A stretch of DNA of 64,000 bases from an uncultured Chloroflexia bacterium (GTDB lineage Bacteria; Chloroflexota; Limnocylindria; Limnocylindrales; CSP1-4): the NCBI GenBank assembly GCA_963828165.1, contig CAWHDR010000001.1, positions 416,001-480,000 of the forward strand, given 5' to 3'. Shown piece by piece: positions 58,780-64,000 of this stretch (the first letter of the stretch is position 1; each line of letters begins with the position of its first letter). A model generated the notes under the pieces. That model was given only the letters and a program-made list of their open reading frames with translations. It was not told where the DNA came from and made no database searches. Both the position numbers and the translations under genes were made by a program.

Positions 58780-59769
58780 TCAGGTCGCTTCCGGCGCCAC
58801 CTTCAACGGTCGTGGCGACACCACGCGGAGCGCCCCATGCAGGGTGCGGAAGGTGACGGGCGTCGTGCCAAGGTCGGTCCCGTCGGCGCGCGCCGGGAGC
58901 GGGTGGGCGCTCGAGATCCGCACCGACGCGGATCGGTAGGTGGAGATGTGCGGCGCGTAGCGTCGGCGCCCGAAGGCGATCGACAGCAGGTGCCGCACCA
59001 GTTCCCACTTGGAAAATCCGCGGAAGACCTGTACGTCGAAACGGCCGTCGTCGAGGCGCGCGTCCGGCGCGACGGTCATCCCGGCTCCCGTGTACGGCCC
59101 GATCGAGATGGTCACCATGAGCGCCCGCGTCCGAGCGGTCCCCTCGTCGAGCTCGAGGAGCATCCGCGCCGGACGGTAGCGGAGCGCCACCCAGATCGTG
59201 CGGACGATCGACGCCCAGTCACCGTCGTCGAAGCGTTGTGCCTCACGGAAGATCGCGGCATTCATGCCCACGGAGCCTGCCTCGAGGAATCGCACGCGGC
59301 GGCCGTCGGCGGCCTCCGTCTCGCCCACGTCGATCAGCGAGATCCCCGTGCCGGCGATCAACGCCGCGGCAGCCTCGAGATCCCGCGGGATGTCGAGCGC
59401 CCGGGCGACGTTCATCACGCTGCCCAAGGGCAGGATCGCGAGCGCCGCCGGGCTGTCGAGCAGGCCTTCCGCGACGAGGCCGACCGTGCCATCACCCCCG
59501 GCCGCCACCACGACGTCGACGCCGTCCGCGACGGCGGCTCGGACCGCGGCGCGCGTCGCAACCTCGTCGGGCGGCTCCACGACGTCCTGCCCGAGACCGT
59601 GCCGTTCGGCAAGCGAACACAGCTCGTCCGACGTGCAGCTGTTCGTCGAGATGCCGCCCTTCGACCCCGCGTTCGGGTTGCGGATGATGCGGTAGCGCCG
59701 CGCGTCATCGGGTGCTCTGATTTCCCGGGTCGCGGATCTCACGCGAGCATCCGCCGCGGCTTTCGTCAC
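58780..59769 (-). CDS. Diacylglycerol/lipid kinase family (DgkB/YegS)
   Basis: NPNAG, AGGDGT, LPLGSVMN, DDGRFD. Confidence 0.9.
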   Translation of the reverse strand: MTKAAADARVRSATREIRAPDDARRYRIIRNPNAGSKGGISTNSCTSDELCSLAERHGLGQDVVEPPDEVATRAAVRAAVADGVDVVVAAGGDGTVGLVAEGLLDSPAALAILPLGSVMNVARALDIPRDLEAAAALIAGTGISLIDVGETEAADGRRVRFLEAGSVGMNAAIFREAQRFDDGDWASIVRTIWVALRYRPARMLLELDEGTARTRALMVTISIGPYTGAGMTVAPDARLDDGRFDVQVFRGFSKWELVRHLLSIAFGRRRYAPHISTYRSASVRISSAHPLPARADGTDLGTTPVTFRTLHGALRVVSPRPLKVAPEAT

Positions 59770-60551
59770 GGCCGCACACCGGCGCGCGCGGCCTTGACCC
59801 GCCGGTACAGGCCGGTCAGGCCGATGAGATACGCGATCCCCAGGAGGTAGGACGCGGTCACGTCCGTGAACCAGTGGTGGCCCTGGTGGATGCGGCTCGG
59901 ACCGACGAACGCGATCAGCGCAACGAGCGGGGCGATCACGATCGCCCGCCAGGTCGTCGGTCGCAGCAGCGTCGCGACGAGATAGGCGAGGAAGCCGTAC
60001 ACCCCGACGTACGTGATGGTGTGGCCGCTCGGGAAGCTCGACCCGCCCAGCGGCGCGGTCACCACCCGCAGGTCCACACCGGCCACGGGGCGTGGCCTCC
60101 GCATGACGACCTTCACGGCGCTGGCCACGAGGGCCGTGCCCCACGCCCCCAGCATGAACAACGCCTCGAGCGGGAGGCGCGCAAGGAGCAGGCTGGCGGC
60201 GATGAGGGCGGGGATGATCCGACTCTGGGGCGGGAAGCCCGGCCACGACGACGCACGCATGACCTTCTGGAGGATCGGATGGTCGCGCTGCTGGAGCTTG
60301 AGCGTGACGGCCAGGTCCACGGCGTCGCTTCGCCGTGCGCGGACCAGGCCGAAGATCGCCCCGAAACCCGCGAGCGCGATCCACGAGGCGAGCCGAGCGG
60401 TCCGGCCGCGACGGACGGCGAGCCGTGGTGAGACCACGGCGTCGGGCGGCGGCGGCAGGGTCGGCAAGCCCGTCGGCACGCCGCGCGGCAGGACGCCGGA
60501 CAAGCCCGTCGGCACGCCGCGCGGCAGGACGCCGGTCGGACGCTGGGTCAT
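59766..60551 (-). CDS. PAP2 family phosphatase
   Basis: KVVMRRPRP, SFPSGH, SRIHQGHHWFTD. Confidence 0.92.
   Translation of the reverse strand: MTQRPTGVLPRGVPTGLSGVLPRGVPTGLPTLPPPPDAVVSPRLAVRRGRTARLASWIALAGFGAIFGLVRARRSDAVDLAVTLKLQQRDHPILQKVMRASSWPGFPPQSRIIPALIAASLLLARLPLEALFMLGAWGTALVASAVKVVMRRPRPVAGVDLRVVTAPLGGSSFPSGHTITYVGVYGFLAYLVATLLRPTTWRAIVIAPLVALIAFVGPSRIHQGHHWFTDVTASYLLGIAYLIGLTGLYRRVKAARAGVRP
60465..60535. repeat. 36-bp in-frame tandem duplication
   Basis: CAAGCCCGTCGGCACGCCGCGCGGCAGGACGCCGG at 60465 and 60501. Confidence 0.9.
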
Positions 60552-60709
60552 GTGCACGCCGGCCAGCATGCGTGGTGGCACATGCGGCGCTGGTCGCGGC
60601 CGGCGTGGCGGGCCGTGGCAGCCACGTTGCAACTCGCCAGACGTTGCACCGAGCGCGGTGTACGCTCTCCCCCTTCTCACCGACTCGCACTCGCTCGAGG
60701 GGAGGACCG

Positions 60710-61561
60710 ATGTCCCGGAACGTCCGCGGCGCGCTCGTCCAGGCCAGCTGGACCGGCGACAAGGAATCGATGATCCAGAAACACGAGGAGCGGGCGCACG
60801 AGGCCGCCAAACAGGGCGCCCAGTTCGTCCTCTTCCAGGAGCTGTTCTACGGGCCGTATTTCTGCCAGGTCCAGGACGCCCAGTACTACAGCTACACCGA
60901 GCTGATCCCGGACGGGCCCACGACCAAGCGCATGCAGGACCTCGCCAAGCAGACGGGCATGGTCGTGGTCGCGCCGATGTACGAGGAAGACGAGAAGGCG
61001 TCGGGCATCTACTACAACACCGCGGCGGTCATCGACGCGGACGGGACGTATCTCGGCAAGTACCGCAAGACCCACATCCCGCACGTGAAGGGGTTCTGGG
61101 AGAAGTTCTACTTCCGGCCGGGCAACCTCGGCTACCCGGTATTCGAGACGGCGGTCGGCAAGGTCGGCGTGTACATCTGCTACGACCGGCACTTCCCGGA
61201 GGGCGCCCGGGCGCTCGGGCTCAACGGGGCAGAGATCGTGTTGATCCCGTCGGCCACGTCCCGGGGTCTGAGCGAGTACCTCTGGCGGATCGAGCAGCCC
61301 AGCCACGCCGTCGCCAACGGCTACTACGTCGGGACGATCAACCGGGTCGGGATCGAGAAGGACATCGGTGACGACGACTTCTACGGACAGAGCTACTTCG
61401 TCGATCCGCGCGGCCAGTTCGTCGGTGACGTCGCCTCGGCGCATGACGAGGAGCTGATCGTGCGCGACCTCGATCTCGAGCGGATCCAGGAGGTCCGCAA
61501 TACCTGGCAGTTCTATCGCGACCGCCGGCCGGACGCCTACAGCGACCTCGTCGCCCCCTGA
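60710..61561 (+). CDS. Nitrilase-family carbon-nitrogen hydrolase (probable beta-ureidopropionase)
   Basis: Triad QE, YRKTHIP, ICYDRHFPE; FWEKFYF. Confidence 0.9.
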   Translation: MSRNVRGALVQASWTGDKESMIQKHEERAHEAAKQGAQFVLFQELFYGPYFCQVQDAQYYSYTELIPDGPTTKRMQDLAKQTGMVVVAPMYEEDEKASGIYYNTAAVIDADGTYLGKYRKTHIPHVKGFWEKFYFRPGNLGYPVFETAVGKVGVYICYDRHFPEGARALGLNGAEIVLIPSATSRGLSEYLWRIEQPSHAVANGYYVGTINRVGIEKDIGDDDFYGQSYFVDPRGQFVGDVASAHDEELIVRDLDLERIQEVRNTWQFYRDRRPDAYSDLVAP

Positions 61562-61570
61562 ACCTGCCGG

Positions 61571-62563
61571 ATGCAGTTCGGATTCACGCTCAAGCCTGAG
61601 CATTCGATCGAGCGCACCCTCGCCCTCACCCGGGCGGCCGAGGCGGCCGGGTTCGAGTACGGCTGGCTGTTCGACAGCCACGTGCTGTGGCGTGATCCGT
61701 ACCCGCTCCTGACGCTGATGGCTGGTGCTACCGACCGGTTGCGGCTGGGCACGTGCGTCACCAACCCAGGCACCCGCGAACCGACGGTCACCGCCTCGTC
61801 GCTGGCGACGCTCGATGAGCTGTCGGACGGCCGCATGGACCTCGGCATCGGGCGTGGTGACTCCGCGCGACGCGTGCTCGGGAAGCCACCGATCACGCTG
61901 GCTCACACCGAGGAGGCGATCCGGGTCATCCGGGCCCTCGTCGCCGGCGAGACCATCGCCTACGAAGGCACCGACCTGCAGTTCCCGTGGACCCGCGGCT
62001 GGACCCTGCCCGTCTGGGTCGCCGGCTATGGGCCGCTTGCCCTGGCGATGACCGGTCGCGTCGCGGACGGGCTCATCCTGCAGCTCGGCGATCCGGATCT
62101 CGTCCGCTGGTTCGTCGGGCAGGTTCGGGAGGCGGCGACGGCCGCCGGACGCGATCCCGCGAGCCTCCGGATCCAGGCCGCGGCCCCGGCGCACGTCGCT
62201 CCACGTGATGTCGGGCGCGAGCGGACGCGCTGGTTCCCGGCTCTCGTCTCCAACCACGTCGTCGACCTGGTGAACAAGTACCCGCGCGAGCAGCTGCCCG
62301 AGACGCTCACCGGCTACATCACCGATCGCGAGGGCTACGACTACCGGCACCACGCCGAGGTCGGCTCGTCCAACGCGGCGTTCGTGGGTGACGAGGTGAC
62401 GGACCGGTTCGCGATCCTGGGCCCGGCCGACGAGCATGTCGCGAAGCTGCGCGAGCTCGCTGCCGCCGGCGTCGATCAATTCAACCTGTACCTGATGAAC
62501 GGCGACGAGGAGGCCCAGATCGAGGCCTACGGTCGGGACGTGATCCCGGCGATGCGCGGATAG
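61571..62563 (+). CDS. LLM-class, probably F420-dependent oxidoreductase (TIGR03842-like)
   Basis: FDSHVLW, CVTNP, GIGRGDSA, ALVSNHVVDLV. Confidence 0.85.
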   Translation: MQFGFTLKPEHSIERTLALTRAAEAAGFEYGWLFDSHVLWRDPYPLLTLMAGATDRLRLGTCVTNPGTREPTVTASSLATLDELSDGRMDLGIGRGDSARRVLGKPPITLAHTEEAIRVIRALVAGETIAYEGTDLQFPWTRGWTLPVWVAGYGPLALAMTGRVADGLILQLGDPDLVRWFVGQVREAATAAGRDPASLRIQAAAPAHVAPRDVGRERTRWFPALVSNHVVDLVNKYPREQLPETLTGYITDREGYDYRHHAEVGSSNAAFVGDEVTDRFAILGPADEHVAKLRELAAAGVDQFNLYLMNGDEEAQIEAYGRDVIPAMRG

Positions 62564-62707
62564 CCCTCCGGTCCCGTCTCGCCGGGTCGAGGGCTGGCCC
62601 CATCGTCCGGCTGGACGGGCCCGCCCGCTCGGGCGCACGATGAGGGGGATCGCGCGACCCTTGCCCGAGCGCCCGGTGGCGCCGGCCCTGACGAGGAGCT
62701 TGCACCC

Positions 62708-62896
62708 ATGAACATGTTCCGGCGAGCCCATGACCCGTGGTGGGATCTGGAGGGCCGGGGGGCGAAGCGCGATCGCATCCGCCACAAGATCGTCGCCGAC
62801 ATCGCGTTCGCCCTGGCCATCGTGGCCTGCGGGTTCACGGCCGCGATCTGGCTGCGCACGCTGGCGCCGGTCGTCGGAGATCTCGGCCTCGGCTGA
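62708..62896 (+). CDS. Small membrane protein, hypothetical
   Basis: GAGGAG RBS; one hydrophobic helix. Confidence 0.55.
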   Translation: MNMFRRAHDPWWDLEGRGAKRDRIRHKIVADIAFALAIVACGFTAAIWLRTLAPVVGDLGLG

Positions 62897-62972
62897 CCCG
62901 CGCCAACTGGGTCCTGCCCATCGCCTACCATCTCCCTCCTGACGGCCGCTGTCTTCTCGACAGGAGGGATCG

Positions 62973-64000
62973 ATGCGCACGCTCATCACCAACGGCACCA
63001 TCGTCACGGCCGAGGGCTCGCAGGCCGCCGATGTGCTCATCGACGGCGAGACCATCGTGGCCATCGGTGCCGGGCTGGCGGGCGCGGGGATGACGGCCGA
63101 CGAGACGATCGACGCGAGCGGGAGGTACGTCATCCCGGGAGCGATCGACGTCCACACGCACATGGAGCTGCCGTTCGGCGGGACCTTCGCCAAGGACACG
63201 TTCGAGACGGGCACCCGGGCGGCGGCCTTCGGTGGCACGACGACCGTCGTCGACTTCGCCGTGCAGTCCCGCGGCGCCTCGCTGCGCGAGGGCCTCGACG
63301 CCTGGCATGCCAAGGCCGAGGGGAATGCGGTCGCCGATTACGGGTTCCACATGATCATGAGCGACGTCAACGACGGGACGCTCGCAGAGATGGACCAGCT
63401 CGTGGCCGAGGGCGTCCCGGACTTCAAGCTGTTCACGGCCTACCCGGGCGTCTTCTACAGCGACGATGGCGCGATCTTCCGCGCCATGCAACAGACCGCC
63501 AGAAACGGCGGGCTGATCATGATGCACGCCGAGAACGGGATGGCCATCGACGTCGTCGCCGAACAGACGGTTGCCGCCGGAACGAGCGACCCGATCGGCC
63601 ACGGCCTTGCCCGCAAGGCGATCTTCGAGGGCGAGGCGACCAACCGGGTCATCCGCCTGGCCGAGGCGGCCGACGTGCCGGTCTACATCGTCCATTTGTC
63701 GGCGCGTGAGGCGCTCGAGGCCGTCCGTGACGCGCGCGACCGGGGTACGGCCGCATTCGCCGAGACCTGCCCGCAGTACCTCTTCCTGTCGCTCGACGAC
63801 ATGGGCAACGGGTTCGAGGGCGCGAAGTACGTGTGCTCCCCGCCCCTGCGCTCGAAGGACCACTGGGAGGATCTCTGGAAGGGCCTCATCAAGGACGACC
63901 TGCAGATCGTGTCCACGGACCACTGCCCGTTCGACTTCGAAGGGCAGAAGGAGATGGGCCGCGGCGACTTCCGCAAGATCCCCAACGGGCTGCCGGGCGT
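62973..64000 (+). CDS. hydA: Dihydropyrimidinase (3' truncated by window edge)
   Basis: Hand translation: PGAIDVHTHM, GGTTTVVDF, FKLF, HAENG, ETCPQYL, STDHCPF, IPNGLPG. Confidence 0.93.
   Translation, partial: MRTLITNGTIVTAEGSQAADVLIDGETIVAIGAGLAGAGMTADETIDASGRYVIPGAIDVHTHMELPFGGTFAKDTFETGTRAAAFGGTTTVVDFAVQSRGASLREGLDAWHAKAEGNAVADYGFHMIMSDVNDGTLAEMDQLVAEGVPDFKLFTAYPGVFYSDDGAIFRAMQQTARNGGLIMMHAENGMAIDVVAEQTVAAGTSDPIGHGLARKAIFEGEATNRVIRLAEAADVPVYIVHLSAREALEAVRDARDRGTAAFAETCPQYLFLSLDDMGNGFEGAKYVCSPPLRSKDHWEDLWKGLIKDDLQIVSTDHCPFDFEGQKEMGRGDFRKIPNGLPG

Noticed and set aside
60465-60535. 35-36 bp repeat as a possible CRISPR array
   Set aside because: Only two adjacent copies with no spacer, in frame within a CDS, and no cas genes.

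Overview
High-GC bacterial chromosome segment. Gene content and style suggest Chloroflexota, possibly Limnocylindria-like; this is inference, as no rRNA is present. It contains: (1) 1-10 kb housekeeping genes: Nudix, SRPBCC-FabF, MerR-MFS, deoC, two cupredoxins with C-terminal anchors, a catalytically dead DNA-ligase homologue and an ABC-2 exporter. (2) 10.4-33.1 kb, a phosphate/polyphosphate/arsenic super-cluster: ppk1, CYTH-CHAD, ppx, an AlgP/H1-like protein, pstSCAB-phoU-arsC-sixA, arsR/arsM, glpQ-like, phoR-like, proS, pit-DUF47 and a phoB/P-like regulator, with 11-bp-periodic PHO-box-like repeats. (3) 33.1-39.5 kb, a ~6.35-kb integrated element bounded by TAACGACT direct repeats that sit inside the PHO-box array of the response-regulator promoter. 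It carries a tyrosine integrase, a phage-type replication initiator preceded by a predicted RNA pseudoknot, zinc-finger/HTH ORFs, one large orphan ORF and four unannotated 30-39 aa single-TM peptides, but no capsid, terminase, ATPase or relaxase. This is the best candidate for an undescribed system. (4) 39.5-50 kb: gltX, DtxR, a J-domain protein, asparaginase II, a truncated efeO with efeB, and upp. (5) 50-64 kb, a reductive pyrimidine catabolism cluster with an LLM/F420-type oxidoreductase. Several genes have single-base homopolymer frameshifts that look like sequencing errors. All family calls come from motif recognition; no database searches were run.
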